A stretch of 64,000 bases of DNA, from IMG/VR virus record IMGVR_UViG_3300049460_000371, positions 1-64,000 of that record; one strand, written 5' to 3'. Within the stretch, counting starts at the first letter, position 1. The number at the start of each line of letters is the position of its first letter. The notes beneath the pieces are model-generated. The model ran no database searches. It was not told the origin of the DNA and was given only the letters and a program-made list of their open reading frames with translations. This document shows positions 9,290 through 18,753 of this stretch, piece by piece. This DNA is from a virus. The position numbers were made by a program, and so were the translations under genes.

Positions 9290-9933
9290 TGCTTGGTTTC
9301 GTATACGAGGATGAACTCGTTGCCATGTAGGAAGTCTTCTGGGGTTAATTGCTTATGACGAGCAATCTGTCGTACCAATGATGGAAAGACGATACCACGG
9401 TCGTCTAGCTCATCGACTGCATCCCAACACATTTCCACACATGACACGTGGCTGTTGTCCACGATGTCAAACATGTCATCGTATTTCTTTCCCAATTGCT
9501 TGGCAAGACCAACACGAATTTGCTGCCATTGGTCTTTGGTTATATCGACGGTGGTAAGACAAACATTGTCGCACGCAAACACATAGTCGAATGATGAAAA
9601 ATGTACTCCTGCATTGGTGGCTTCGATGAGTAAAAAGCCGTCTGGGTGTGAACCCAAACCAATGTCAAAATTCATGAGTACATGAGTATATCTTGGCCAT
9701 TTATTGGTTGACAATAAGGACAAGATGCGGATCAAATAACTGGACAGGTAAGAACGGTCCTCGATCAAAATGAAACATGGTTGAATATCCAGAAGCGCTT
9801 TAATGTAATCCTTCTCCGCGTCCGTAACTTGATACTTTCCACCAAACATCTTACGAAGCCAATGCCAGTTTATGGCACTGATTATCCGTGTAAATCCATG
9901 CAGTATTCGATATGGTAAACCATGATAGTTCAT
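9286..9933 (-). CDS. permuted papain-like NlpC/P60 amidase (YiiX/YebB-like)
   Basis: YTHV, IEAT..GV, LGKKYD, SCVEM, TPEDF; late promoter at 9952-9957 (-). Confidence 0.75.
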   Translation of the reverse strand: MNYHGLPYRILHGFTRIISAINWHWLRKMFGGKYQVTDAEKDYIKALLDIQPCFILIEDRSYLSSYLIRILSLLSTNKWPRYTHVLMNFDIGLGSHPDGFLLIEATNAGVHFSSFDYVFACDNVCLTTVDITKDQWQQIRVGLAKQLGKKYDDMFDIVDNSHVSCVEMCWDAVDELDDRGIVFPSLVRQIARHKQLTPEDFLHGNEFILVYETKH

Positions 9934-10023
9934 ATCAATACCTCAAATGAATATTTACCGGGATTCCTCGACGAATTAAACACCGATATTGCTTCATAGC
10001 GCCAGTCAAATTACAATCATGTA

Positions 10024-10977
10024 ATGCGTACAATTCTTATAACTGGTGGTGCTGGCTTTCTGGGTTATCATATCGCCAAACGTCTACTGGCAGATCCTGA
10101 TAATTTTGTTGTTCTGGTGGACAACATGAATTCATATTACTCGACTGTCTTGAAACACCTACGACTGGACTTAAATCAAGTCCATACTCGTTGCAAGGTG
10201 TATCGTCATGACATTTCAGATGAGATTGGCCTCAATGTGATTTTCTATCATCACACTCCTGAAATCGTTATCCACTTGGCAGCGCAAGCCGGTGTGCGAT
10301 ATTCGGAGGTGAATCCAATCGCATATGCGAAGTCAAACATGTTGGGTACCACTGTCGTGTTTGATGTTGCAAAGAAAAATGGCGTCAAGCATATCCTGTA
10401 TGCCAGTAGCTCAAGTGTGTATGGAGGATTGGAACCACCCTTTAGTGAAGACATGCCTCTCGTTCAGCCACTAAGCTTCTATGCCGTATCCAAACAAACA
10501 AATGAGATGACGGCCAGCAATTTCACATCATTGACTGGTATTCCCACTACTGGCCTTCGCTTCTTTACCGCATATGGCCCATACGGTCGCCCTGATATGG
10601 CTTATTGGAAGTTCACTGACAACATTCTGAAGTCGCAGCCTATCACCCTATATGGCGATGTTATGCGCGACTTTACCTATTGTGACGATGTCGCGATAGC
10701 GGTCGAAAAACTCATGGCTGTGCCAAATGGCCATCAAGTATTCAATGTGGGCAATAGCCAACCTGTTTTGGTGCGGGATATGATCACCTGCTTGGAAGAA
10801 CGTCTGAATATGACTGCCATAGTGGAGATAGTGGAACGACCTGCTAGCGATCCTCTGGTGACTGCCTGTGTCAACACCAGACTACAACAAGCAATCAATT
10901 GGGTACCAGATACTCCTATTGCTGTTGGCTTGAATGCGTTTGTCACATGGTACCTGGAGTACAAAGACCTGATTTGA
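10024..10977 (+). CDS. NAD-dependent nucleotide-sugar epimerase/dehydratase (UDP-glucuronate 4-epimerase-like)
   Basis: TGGAGFLG, HLAAQAGVRYS, ASSSSVYG, YAVSK, GPYGRPDMA. Confidence 0.92.
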   Translation: MRTILITGGAGFLGYHIAKRLLADPDNFVVLVDNMNSYYSTVLKHLRLDLNQVHTRCKVYRHDISDEIGLNVIFYHHTPEIVIHLAAQAGVRYSEVNPIAYAKSNMLGTTVVFDVAKKNGVKHILYASSSSVYGGLEPPFSEDMPLVQPLSFYAVSKQTNEMTASNFTSLTGIPTTGLRFFTAYGPYGRPDMAYWKFTDNILKSQPITLYGDVMRDFTYCDDVAIAVEKLMAVPNGHQVFNVGNSQPVLVRDMITCLEERLNMTAIVEIVERPASDPLVTACVNTRLQQAINWVPDTPIAVGLNAFVTWYLEYKDLI

Positions 10978-11005
10978 AATTTTCACAACATGAATGAAAA
11001 AAGTG

Positions 11006-11034
11006 TTGACTTCAAGTTCATTTGACTGCATAAT
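11006..11034 (+). promoter_or_regulatory. early promoter with TTCATTTGA box
   Basis: TTGACT-17-CATAAT. Confidence 0.7.
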
Positions 11035-11109
11035 GTGATACATGGTGCTGCGGAACAAGCAGCAAAGACAAAGCAGCAAATACTTCAACTACTTGAAAGG
11101 TAACAAATC

Positions 11110-11505
11110 ATGAAAATCGAAATCATCGGTCTGGCACATGCAACGTTCAACGGCACCCGCGGCGAAGCTGGTGGCGCTCCTTCCAAAGACAGCATCTTCG
11201 GTCTGGCACTGATTCAAGGCAACGTCGTGACCTTCGGCGGCCGACGCGGTGGTACGCTGCGCTTCAAGACCTACAAGAAAGACCAGCTGGAAGCGCAAAA
11301 GGCGCGCTACAACGCCAAACTGTCGGGCAACCCGTTCGGCAAGCATATCGACGCCCACTACACCCCGGTCGCTGACACCGTGAAAGCTGAACTGCTCGGC
11401 ACCGACTTCGACGTCGAAGTAGTTGGCCGTGGCTTCTACAAAGCGATGTCGGCCAAGAAACTGAACACCTACAGCCGCCTGCCAAAAGCAGCTACCGCCG
11501 CCTAA
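11110..11505 (+). CDS. hypothetical protein, probably highly expressed
   Basis: strong codon bias, RBS, terminator downstream. Confidence 0.85.
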   Translation: MKIEIIGLAHATFNGTRGEAGGAPSKDSIFGLALIQGNVVTFGGRRGGTLRFKTYKKDQLEAQKARYNAKLSGNPFGKHIDAHYTPVADTVKAELLGTDFDVEVVGRGFYKAMSAKKLNTYSRLPKAATAA

Positions 11506-11604
11506 GCTAACCTGGCCCCACCAAGATGCCCCGACAAGTTCGGGGCATTTTTGTTTTCAAGTTCATCACACAACTGAAAGCCATTTGCTATACTGGTAAC
11601 TGGC

Positions 11605-11856
11605 ATGTGCCATACTGAACGAATAGTTATGTCTTTTTCTACAGAAAAATTAGCTGAGTTGGTGATGCGTTTCGACGAGTTGAAAGCGCGTGTGGGCGAT
11701 GATACACCTGAAACGATCGCCAAGTCTTGCAACAACCCATTCAACGACGACGATGCCCATGCAATGGCATTAGAATATGATCTGCGCATGAGCTACTATG
11801 AAGAGTTGCAAGAGGCAAAAAGTCGCCTTGACGAGTATTTGACCCAATATGACTAA
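11605..11856 (+). CDS. hypothetical coiled-coil protein
   Basis: ORF track; start uncertain. Confidence 0.65.
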   Translation: MCHTERIVMSFSTEKLAELVMRFDELKARVGDDTPETIAKSCNNPFNDDDAHAMALEYDLRMSYYEELQEAKSRLDEYLTQYD

Positions 11857-11862
11857 GTTCAC

Positions 11863-11891
11863 TTGACGGGTAGTTCAGATGAATGTATAAT
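11863..11891 (+). promoter_or_regulatory. early promoter with TTCAGATGAA box
   Basis: TTGACG-17-TATAAT. Confidence 0.75.
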
Positions 11892-12018
11892 GATTCATAT
11901 GTGAGGATGTGCTGTTGTTCAGCTTCATAGCTGGTAAATTGAAGCGATGTAACATTCAGATAGCCTAGCTTTTGAAAATAAAACGTGTATTATTCTGAAC
12001 GGCAACGAGGATGAACTT

Positions 12019-12675
12019 ATGCTGGTGTATCATGGAACAAGCGAAGCCAACGTAGTGCAAATTCTGCAACAAGGCATAATGCCACGTTCATTAACTAGCC
12101 GTAGTAATTGGGCCCACACTGTTAAAAGTCATGAAGATGCGGTTTACCTTACGATCGCGTATCCTTTGCACTTTGCAAATCAAGCCTGTACGGACAAGGA
12201 GCGGTTAGCCGTTCTTGAAATTGATACTGACCTCCTGGATGAAGAGCGGTTGGTGGCAGATGAAGATGCAGTTGAACAAGCGCTGCGCGGCCACGACAAT
12301 CTACCAGTATCCTGGGGGATGAAACGTAGGACCAAGTATTACCGTGATCGTATTCACCAGTACCCACATGTGGGTAGTTTGAAAGCATTAGGCACTTGCG
12401 CGCATTTGGGCGTAATTGGCAAGCACGCAATCAAACGGGTGGCATATGTGAACCATGAAGCTTTCGTGCGTCTGGTATATAAAGGCTATGACCCTCAAGT
12501 AAGCGTTGCTGCTTACCAGGTAATAGGTGAAGGATACCAGAAGAGCACAAAATGGTTGTTCGACCCTGAAGAAGTCCAGCAAGAGTATTTGGATTTCGGA
12601 AATGGTTACAAGCATCCGCTGCTGCCAATAATAGATGACCGCGCTGGCATCAATGTTGAGTTAGTAGCAATTTAA
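12019..12675 (+). CDS. ADP-ribosyltransferase-fold protein (YHGT family)
   Basis: VYHGTS..ILQQGI, AVYLT, AVLEID. Confidence 0.6.
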   Translation: MLVYHGTSEANVVQILQQGIMPRSLTSRSNWAHTVKSHEDAVYLTIAYPLHFANQACTDKERLAVLEIDTDLLDEERLVADEDAVEQALRGHDNLPVSWGMKRRTKYYRDRIHQYPHVGSLKALGTCAHLGVIGKHAIKRVAYVNHEAFVRLVYKGYDPQVSVAAYQVIGEGYQKSTKWLFDPEEVQQEYLDFGNGYKHPLLPIIDDRAGINVELVAI

Positions 12676-12807
12676 AAGTTAGTTGTAAAGCCACAACAGA
12701 TGATAATCATTTGACCTTTGATGAATTTTCATATGTTTGTTATAATTGAACTTACGTGGTAGTAACTTACTGCTAAGATTATATTTTTCACCGAGGAGAG
12801 ATTAACA

Positions 12808-13659
12808 ATGACCCAAATTTTGACCCTGAATGCTGTAGCCGCTGCCATCCTGGAAGGCATGACTCGCCTGCGTGTGAACAAGAAAACCCGTGCGGGTGTC
12901 TGGTATACTGCGCTGCGTCCAAGCCACCGCGTCGCCGGCCGCAACCCAATGATCCGCGTGGAGCCGATCGAAAACTCGACCTCGGTGACCGCCGAACTGA
13001 CCCAGGAAATCGCCGCGATGGTCGAAGGCCTGCCAGAACTGAAAAATAACCACACCTACGTGATGTTCGATATCGGCTACGGCTGGTGGACCCTGCGTGA
13101 ACCTGAAGACGCAAACGACCAAACCAAACCGCTGATCACCGTCACCAAAGGCCGCAAATCCAAAGCTGCACCATCCGCTGCCGTGGCCGACACCAATGCT
13201 GATGCGGCGCCGACCGGCGACACGGCCGAAGTGAAAGCAGCTGAAACCCCAGCCGAGTCGAAACCAGCCGAAGTCGTTGCCGAAGCTGCAAAAATCGAAA
13301 CTCCTGCTGAAATCATCGACGCCGGCCAGCCAGCCGCTGACGAAACCAAACCGACCGTTACCGCGACCATCGCCGACGCCGCGCCAAGCGCTGATGCAAT
13401 CGCCGCTGCTGCTGCAAGCGTGACCGACAAACCTGGCGAATCCATCGAAGCCCTGGTTGCCGCGAACCTGGCTTCGGCTGAAGGTTCGGGCGATGCGGCG
13501 CCGGCTGCTGCACCTGAAACCCCAGCAGCAAGCTCGGGCAATTCGGCCAAGGCCAAGACCGCATCCCGCAAAGGTGCTGCCAAGAAGGAAGCCAAGGCCG
13601 ACGAAACCAAATCGGTCAAAGGTGCTGACGGTATCGTCACCCACGTGATCGGCGGCTAA
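12808..13659 (+). CDS. hypothetical protein with long Ala/Glu/Pro-rich disordered tail
   Basis: RBS GAGGAG; C-terminal KSVKGADGIVTHVI. Confidence 0.85.
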   Translation: MTQILTLNAVAAAILEGMTRLRVNKKTRAGVWYTALRPSHRVAGRNPMIRVEPIENSTSVTAELTQEIAAMVEGLPELKNNHTYVMFDIGYGWWTLREPEDANDQTKPLITVTKGRKSKAAPSAAVADTNADAAPTGDTAEVKAAETPAESKPAEVVAEAAKIETPAEIIDAGQPAADETKPTVTATIADAAPSADAIAAAAASVTDKPGESIEALVAANLASAEGSGDAAPAAAPETPAASSGNSAKAKTASRKGAAKKEAKADETKSVKGADGIVTHVIGG

Positions 13660-13676
13660 TCAGCCCCACGCAACAC

Positions 13677-13700
13677 CAGCCCGCTTCGGCGGGCTTTTTT
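13677..13700 (+). terminator. intrinsic terminator
   Basis: AGCCCGC-TTCG-GCGGGCT followed by T-run. Confidence 0.85.
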
Positions 13701-13741
13701 ACGACTGTAAATAGAGGAAACCAACATGAGTTGAATTCCTC

Positions 13742-14224
13742 TTGCAAGATGCCGCAACACTTGAAGACTTTGCTGAACATACCGGCCAAGCTCCTCACCT
13801 ATATGTCTGGGAGATCAACTATTTTCCAGAACGCTCTCAACACCTGTTGACCTTACCTGAATGTCAATCACTCATCAATCTTATTTGGGTTGATCAGCTT
13901 CATCTACAAGGTGATCCGCCTGTCGTGCATGACGGCAGAGGGTCACGGTGCGCACGAACATTTGAGTCTCGCATCTATCTGCCTCGCTGGGCAAGAAATC
14001 CTATGGTTGTCATCCATGAGCTTGCGCACTGTGTAACTGACCTGTTCGATTCAGATGATAGTCAGGCACATGGGCCGCGTTATATGAAGGTCTACCTGTC
14101 ATTATGGGCCATCAACTCGTCATATAAATATCCAGCATTGCGCAAACACGCAAATCGCAATGGTCTTCGGGTTAGTCCGATAGACATGATGAAAAAGTTG
14201 AAAGGATTTCAAAGATGGAACTGA
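13742..14224 (+). CDS. SprT-like zinc metallopeptidase
   Basis: VVIHELAH...HGPRY; start codon ambiguous. Confidence 0.7.
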   Translation: MQDAATLEDFAEHTGQAPHLYVWEINYFPERSQHLLTLPECQSLINLIWVDQLHLQGDPPVVHDGRGSRCARTFESRIYLPRWARNPMVVIHELAHCVTDLFDSDDSQAHGPRYMKVYLSLWAINSSYKYPALRKHANRNGLRVSPIDMMKKLKGFQRWN

Positions 14225-14439
14225 GAACGAGTATAACCACACTCATTCGAGATATGGGTCAAGATGAAACTGTAACCATAAAGATGATCGACGACTTCGT
14301 TGATGAATGTATTGCGTTCTTGGAGCGTCAACAAGTGGAAACCCAAAATAGCAATTATGCTAATGACATTTTTGAATTGGAATCAGCTAGGCAAGATGCG
14401 CTAGTGAGCAAATTCAGCTTAACGGTTCAGCCCAGATAG
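14215..14439 (+). CDS. hypothetical protein
   Basis: ORF overlapping upstream stop. Confidence 0.65.
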   Translation: MELRTSITTLIRDMGQDETVTIKMIDDFVDECIAFLERQQVETQNSNYANDIFELESARQDALVSKFSLTVQPR

Positions 14440-14479
14440 TTCACTTGATTTTTGCGCCATTTGGTGTTATCATGAGGTA

Positions 14480-14728
14480 TTGTCTGTAATGAAAGGTTCG
14501 ATTATGCGAACACTTGTTGTATGGAGTACCCGCAGTCTGGCACTGTTTATCTTTGCCATTTTGCTGAACGCCTCTCGTCAAATGTATCCACCAATTGGTG
14601 CGATCTTCTTCAATATCGTGGTCGGTTCTATCCTGTTGGGCGGTACTGCTCTGTTGGATCGCATCCTGCGTAATATGGCTCGTGCGAAATTCTTGCGTGA
14701 ATCCAACATCAACGCCACCCAGTTCTAG
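14480..14728 (+). CDS. small two-TM membrane protein
   Basis: two hydrophobic segments. Confidence 0.7.
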   Translation: MSVMKGSIMRTLVVWSTRSLALFIFAILLNASRQMYPPIGAIFFNIVVGSILLGGTALLDRILRNMARAKFLRESNINATQF

Positions 14729-14736
14729 GACTAGTA

Positions 14737-15015
14737 ATGGATGACTCTCGTGTAAAGGCGCATTTTCAAAATGCAACCGTTGAACAACTTTCGATCATTG
14801 CTGACATAGTCACGTTCTACACGAGAGCACATCAAGCCTTCAGATTGGCCGTTGAGGGTAAAACTCATCCCAATGCCGTTGCCGAAATTCATCACCAGAT
14901 GACCGAGCACATGAACGCCTCATATGCTTACATTGCTGAGGTTGATAAGTTCGTGGCCCTAGGTGGCAAGATCAATGAATTGATGGCGTATTTGACCGAC
15001 ATTAAAAATAAATGA
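14737..15015 (+). CDS. hypothetical protein
   Basis: RBS AGGA. Confidence 0.7.
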   Translation: MDDSRVKAHFQNATVEQLSIIADIVTFYTRAHQAFRLAVEGKTHPNAVAEIHHQMTEHMNASYAYIAEVDKFVALGGKINELMAYLTDIKNK

Positions 15016-15023
15016 AAATTTAG

Positions 15024-15052
15024 TTGACTCCTTGTTCATTTGAATTTATCAT
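15024..15052 (+). promoter_or_regulatory. early promoter with TTCATTTGAA box
   Basis: TTGACT-17-TATCAT. Confidence 0.75.
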
Positions 15053-15081
15053 ATGAACATACTTAACAGAGGAGGAAGCAA

Positions 15082-15633
15082 ATGTCTACCACGATCAAAG
15101 ATTTCGGCCGTCACAGCGAACGTTTCGGCGACATCCCGCCGTATTACATTTTCCCGATCAAATTCTGGTTCAAGTCCGAAATGCTGGTGCCGGACGACGT
15201 CCTGACCTGGTGCCGTAACAACTGCACGGGCTTCTACAAGGTCGTCGCCTACACGCACGAAGACAGCGTGAAAAACGGCAAAAAGTTCGCCGAAAAGATC
15301 ATGTACGTGGACAAGATCTACCTGGCAAGCGAAGAAGACGCGGCCCTGATCAAGCTGACCTTCAAGGTGCTGGATCAGAAAATCTCGCGCCCACGCATGG
15401 AAGTCGTAAAACGTCCACGCAAAACCGCCGAAGAAAAAGCCCTGAACCCAACCTCGCCAGAAGCCATCCTGCTGGCAACGCGTCGCCACGCTGCTGCTGC
15501 CAAGGCCAGCAAAAAAGCCAAGACGGCCGTGAAAACTACCACCAAACCTAAAGCGCCGGCCAAGGTGCCGAAAGTAACCGGCAGCAAATCGGTCAAGGGC
15601 AAAGACGGCATCGTCGTCCACGTGATCAAGTAA
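15082..15633 (+). CDS. DA.LFKL-domain protein with Lys/Ala-rich tail
   Basis: VLTWC...LASEEDAALIKLTF; C-terminal KSVKGKDGIVVHVI. Confidence 0.85.
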   Translation: MSTTIKDFGRHSERFGDIPPYYIFPIKFWFKSEMLVPDDVLTWCRNNCTGFYKVVAYTHEDSVKNGKKFAEKIMYVDKIYLASEEDAALIKLTFKVLDQKISRPRMEVVKRPRKTAEEKALNPTSPEAILLATRRHAAAAKASKKAKTAVKTTTKPKAPAKVPKVTGSKSVKGKDGIVVHVIK

Positions 15634-15647
15634 TCGATCACGCAACA

Positions 15648-15673
15648 GCAAAGGCTCCTTCGGGAGCCTTTTT
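15648..15673 (+). terminator. intrinsic terminator
   Basis: AAAAGGCTCC-TTCG-GGAGCCTTTT. Confidence 0.85.
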
Positions 15674-15740
15674 CATTTGGTGCTTGATCTGAATGTTGAA
15701 TGAACCTATAATAGGAACATCTAAACGCACTGGGGCAAAC

Positions 15741-16073
15741 ATGAAACAACTGAAACGTGCAGAAGTACTGGCGGCGAACTTTGCCTTCCTGGCCCTGCAT
15801 CCAGAATCTGATAAGTTTCCCAATGGTGCAGCACACATCACCGACTGCGCGGACGTGAACGAGTTCGAAACACGTTTCATGAAAGAGCCTGACCTGCTGC
15901 AACGCGAATTCGGCTGGGATCTGCCAGTATGGTGCGATGACGACCTGGTGCCGATCGAAGAATTCACGAAGGGCTTGAAATCGTACGACATCATGGATGG
16001 CGTAGAGTCGATGACCTACGACGAGTTCGTCACCAAATTGAAGGCATACATCGAACGGATGCCTTTAGCATAA
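15741..16073 (+). CDS. hypothetical protein
   Basis: promoter TTGATC-17-TATAAT at 15684-15712. Confidence 0.75.
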   Translation: MKQLKRAEVLAANFAFLALHPESDKFPNGAAHITDCADVNEFETRFMKEPDLLQREFGWDLPVWCDDDLVPIEEFTKGLKSYDIMDGVESMTYDEFVTKLKAYIERMPLA

Positions 16074-16732
16074 TGGCTACTCAGACTCCCAAATACGCGG
16101 CTTTCCGTGCGCAACTGCACGAAGACTTGATCCCGTTCTTGAATGCGCTGGAACGGTCGTATGCCCAGCGTAAAAGCGCTCGCGAACGAGCCAAGACCCC
16201 AACACGAAGTTTGGAAGGGGCCCGTCAAGATTGGCTGCAATTCGGCCACTTCGACGACTGCGGCCCCAGCTACACGGACGATTACAAGCAAGCAACGAAC
16301 AAGATCGAGTACTGGATCCCGGCCAAGATTGCGGCCGAAAAATACCACAAACTGTGCATCTATAAGTTCCTGGAAGCTGGTGGTACACCGGATCAGATCC
16401 GTGAAATCACGGAACATTTAGTGAAAATGAATCATAACCTCAACGTCAATCTGACGGACAACCCGGAGTTAACCATGGCACAAGTTGAAGGCACTATCGC
16501 ACGCATCAGCGTGACCGAAACCGATAACATGAGTTTTGCAACCTGCAAAGTCGTCATCCTGCTGGTCGGACATACGACGCTGATCAAAGGCGAGGTGACG
16601 GGCAAAGCTGACCAGCTGGACCCAATCAAACTGACCGCACCCGGCGATACGGTGTCGTTCGAGCATACTAGCGACTTCCACGAATACATCCACGGGTTCC
16701 AGAACCACACCCTCGCAGAGATGATGAAATGA
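16073..16732 (+). CDS. hypothetical protein
   Basis: TAATG coupling. Confidence 0.75.
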   Translation: MATQTPKYAAFRAQLHEDLIPFLNALERSYAQRKSARERAKTPTRSLEGARQDWLQFGHFDDCGPSYTDDYKQATNKIEYWIPAKIAAEKYHKLCIYKFLEAGGTPDQIREITEHLVKMNHNLNVNLTDNPELTMAQVEGTIARISVTETDNMSFATCKVVILLVGHTTLIKGEVTGKADQLDPIKLTAPGDTVSFEHTSDFHEYIHGFQNHTLAEMMK

Positions 16733-16938
16733 GTGTATTTGACACCAAGTACAACAACCAGACTGGCGAGCTGACTATCACCAAGTATCTGGGCGAAGAA
16801 AGCTATGCGGTGGTTCGCGTACAGCGCGACGGCACCTGCACGCTGTACGAAATTCCCCAATACGGCGGGGAAGAACGCGAAATTGGCAAGTTCGCCAATC
16901 CATGTCTGGCCCTCGACGAAGCTGATACCTGGACTTAA
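16729..16938 (+). CDS. hypothetical protein
   Basis: ATGA coupling. Confidence 0.75.
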   Translation: MSVFDTKYNNQTGELTITKYLGEESYAVVRVQRDGTCTLYEIPQYGGEEREIGKFANPCLALDEADTWT

Positions 16939-16949
16939 TCAGCCAGTAG

Positions 16950-16978
16950 TTGATTTTGCGTTCATTTGAGTTTATAAT
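16950..16978 (+). promoter_or_regulatory. early promoter with TTCATTTGAG box
   Basis: TTGATT-17-TATAAT. Confidence 0.75.
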
Positions 16979-17002
16979 GACTTATCTGAATAAGGAGCTA
17001 AC

Positions 17003-17350
17003 ATGAGCGCAAATGATTTTCGACTGGCTGGTACCGCGGTATATTTCAACGAGACCACCAAGAACTTTGAAGTGCTCTTGTCTGACGCCATCATGGGCGA
17101 ACAAGAAATGAAGACCATGTTCGATTTCGGCGATGCACTAGGCTCCGCACAAGGTGAAGTTTGTCTGACCATCAGTCTTAGCATCAACGACGTACTGGAT
17201 GACATTATCGAGGGAAATGGCCTGATTTCGGTTGACGTCGGCCAACCTGAACCAGATGTGGAAGAAATGCCGGCCGATGTTAAAAATCAGTTGATTGTCA
17301 TGCGTGACGAAATGCTGGCTGCGGTTGCACGCATCAACAAGTTGGTCTGA
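17003..17350 (+). CDS. hypothetical protein
   Basis: TAAGGAG RBS. Confidence 0.8.
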   Translation: MSANDFRLAGTAVYFNETTKNFEVLLSDAIMGEQEMKTMFDFGDALGSAQGEVCLTISLSINDVLDDIIEGNGLISVDVGQPEPDVEEMPADVKNQLIVMRDEMLAAVARINKLV

Positions 17351-17355
17351 ATATC

Positions 17356-17715
17356 ATGAAAACACTCGAACAGTTTATCGCCACCTTGACCCCCATGCAG
17401 ATCCTGCGGGTTGGTCAGGTGGTCACCGCTCACGAAACTCGTGCATGGTTCCGCGCCCGCCACAAAGTAACGGAAGCTGACTTCAAGGAAGCTGAGAAGA
17501 ATCGTCGCGGCTGGCCAGTAGCGGAAGTGGGTGACTACTACGATGCCCTAGCTAGCGAACACGAACGGGTAAAATGGCATGCTGGCAGCACCGCCGTATC
17601 CATGGACAAGTTCTACAAGAAAATGAAACATCAACTCGTCGACGCTGGTTGCACGGAAGCACAGGTGGAAGAGCTGGTGGCTATTCTGGCTAATCAACCC
17701 AAGGAACCAGCATGA
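17356..17715 (+). CDS. hypothetical protein
   Basis: operonic ORF. Confidence 0.75.
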   Translation: MKTLEQFIATLTPMQILRVGQVVTAHETRAWFRARHKVTEADFKEAEKNRRGWPVAEVGDYYDALASEHERVKWHAGSTAVSMDKFYKKMKHQLVDAGCTEAQVEELVAILANQPKEPA

Positions 17716-17936
17716 AAATTTATGTAAAGGTCACTACTCCAACGGGCAACATCTTCGGTTGCTATACGGAAAAGCCGATCTCCGATAGTGCTGAAATACA
17801 AACCCAGATGTCGCGCCTTCGGGGTGATATTCAAATGAGCCGAGCAATCACCTTGTATCCGGCAATCGGCATGGTTATGCTCGGAAGTAAGTTGGTGGCT
17901 CTCAGCAGCTTTGAAATCGATCTCATCGAGGACTGA
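17712..17936 (+). CDS. hypothetical protein
   Basis: ATGA coupling. Confidence 0.7.
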   Translation: MKIYVKVTTPTGNIFGCYTEKPISDSAEIQTQMSRLRGDIQMSRAITLYPAIGMVMLGSKLVALSSFEIDLIED

Positions 17937-17938
17937 TC

Positions 17939-18310
17939 GTGACCATCTACATCGAAACCACCCGGCAGTTCATCAAGAACCCAGATAACTGGTTGAGTCT
18001 GAAAAGTCCAGGTATCTGCGTATCGGCACGCGGCTGGAAAGAATTCTCGGACTTCGTGATTATTGGCGCACCGGCAATGGCGGTATTGTTTGAACGGTTC
18101 AATGGCCCAGTTGACCTGCATCCCGTTCATGCCACGCGCCAATTCAAGGGCAATCCCCTTTCCCTGGCCTTTACCGCTGACGAATGCCGGGAAATGTTCC
18201 TGGTGCTCAGCAAAGCGTCGTTCGTCGAGTCCTCGACCGCCTATGACGTCTGGGAGTTCCTGGCGATGCTTGCCATGGGAGTGAACGAAGAAGGCTTGGT
18301 TTCCTACTAG
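17939..18310 (+). CDS. hypothetical protein
   Basis: GTG start with GAGGA RBS. Confidence 0.7.
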   Translation: MTIYIETTRQFIKNPDNWLSLKSPGICVSARGWKEFSDFVIIGAPAMAVLFERFNGPVDLHPVHATRQFKGNPLSLAFTADECREMFLVLSKASFVESSTAYDVWEFLAMLAMGVNEEGLVSY

Positions 18311-18333
18311 TTGAAAAGCCACAATTTGGCTTC

Positions 18334-18753
18334 TTGATCGCTGCCCATTACCATACTGAAAACTATGGAGCAATAATGGGCAGCATTGTCACAATCAAAA
18401 TTTCGGGCGATTCGGATCAAGAACAGATGGCGGTATTGGGTCGAGTGACTCAGATGCTTGAGTATTTGGGAATCCAGGTCACATACGAACGATCCGAAGT
18501 CAGACAAGAACTTTTTCAGCATGCTGATACTTGGCGAGACAAGTTAGTTGAGTTGGCGCCAACCGTTCATGTTATTAAAGAACAGTCACAATCGACCATA
18601 CGCCAATCACCCACGACTGCTTGGCCGATATGGGCAAAAGAATGCGTCAAGGTGGAATCGTCGTATAATGAAAAATATGATGACGAAGCACGTCAGATAC
18701 AGATCACCCAACATATCTTGTCCCAGATTAAAAGTAGAAAGAAAACGCCATGA
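18334..18753 (+). CDS. hypothetical protein
   Basis: ORF coupled to tyrS; true start probably a downstream ATG. Confidence 0.65.
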   Translation: MIAAHYHTENYGAIMGSIVTIKISGDSDQEQMAVLGRVTQMLEYLGIQVTYERSEVRQELFQHADTWRDKLVELAPTVHVIKEQSQSTIRQSPTTAWPIWAKECVKVESSYNEKYDDEARQIQITQHILSQIKSRKKTP

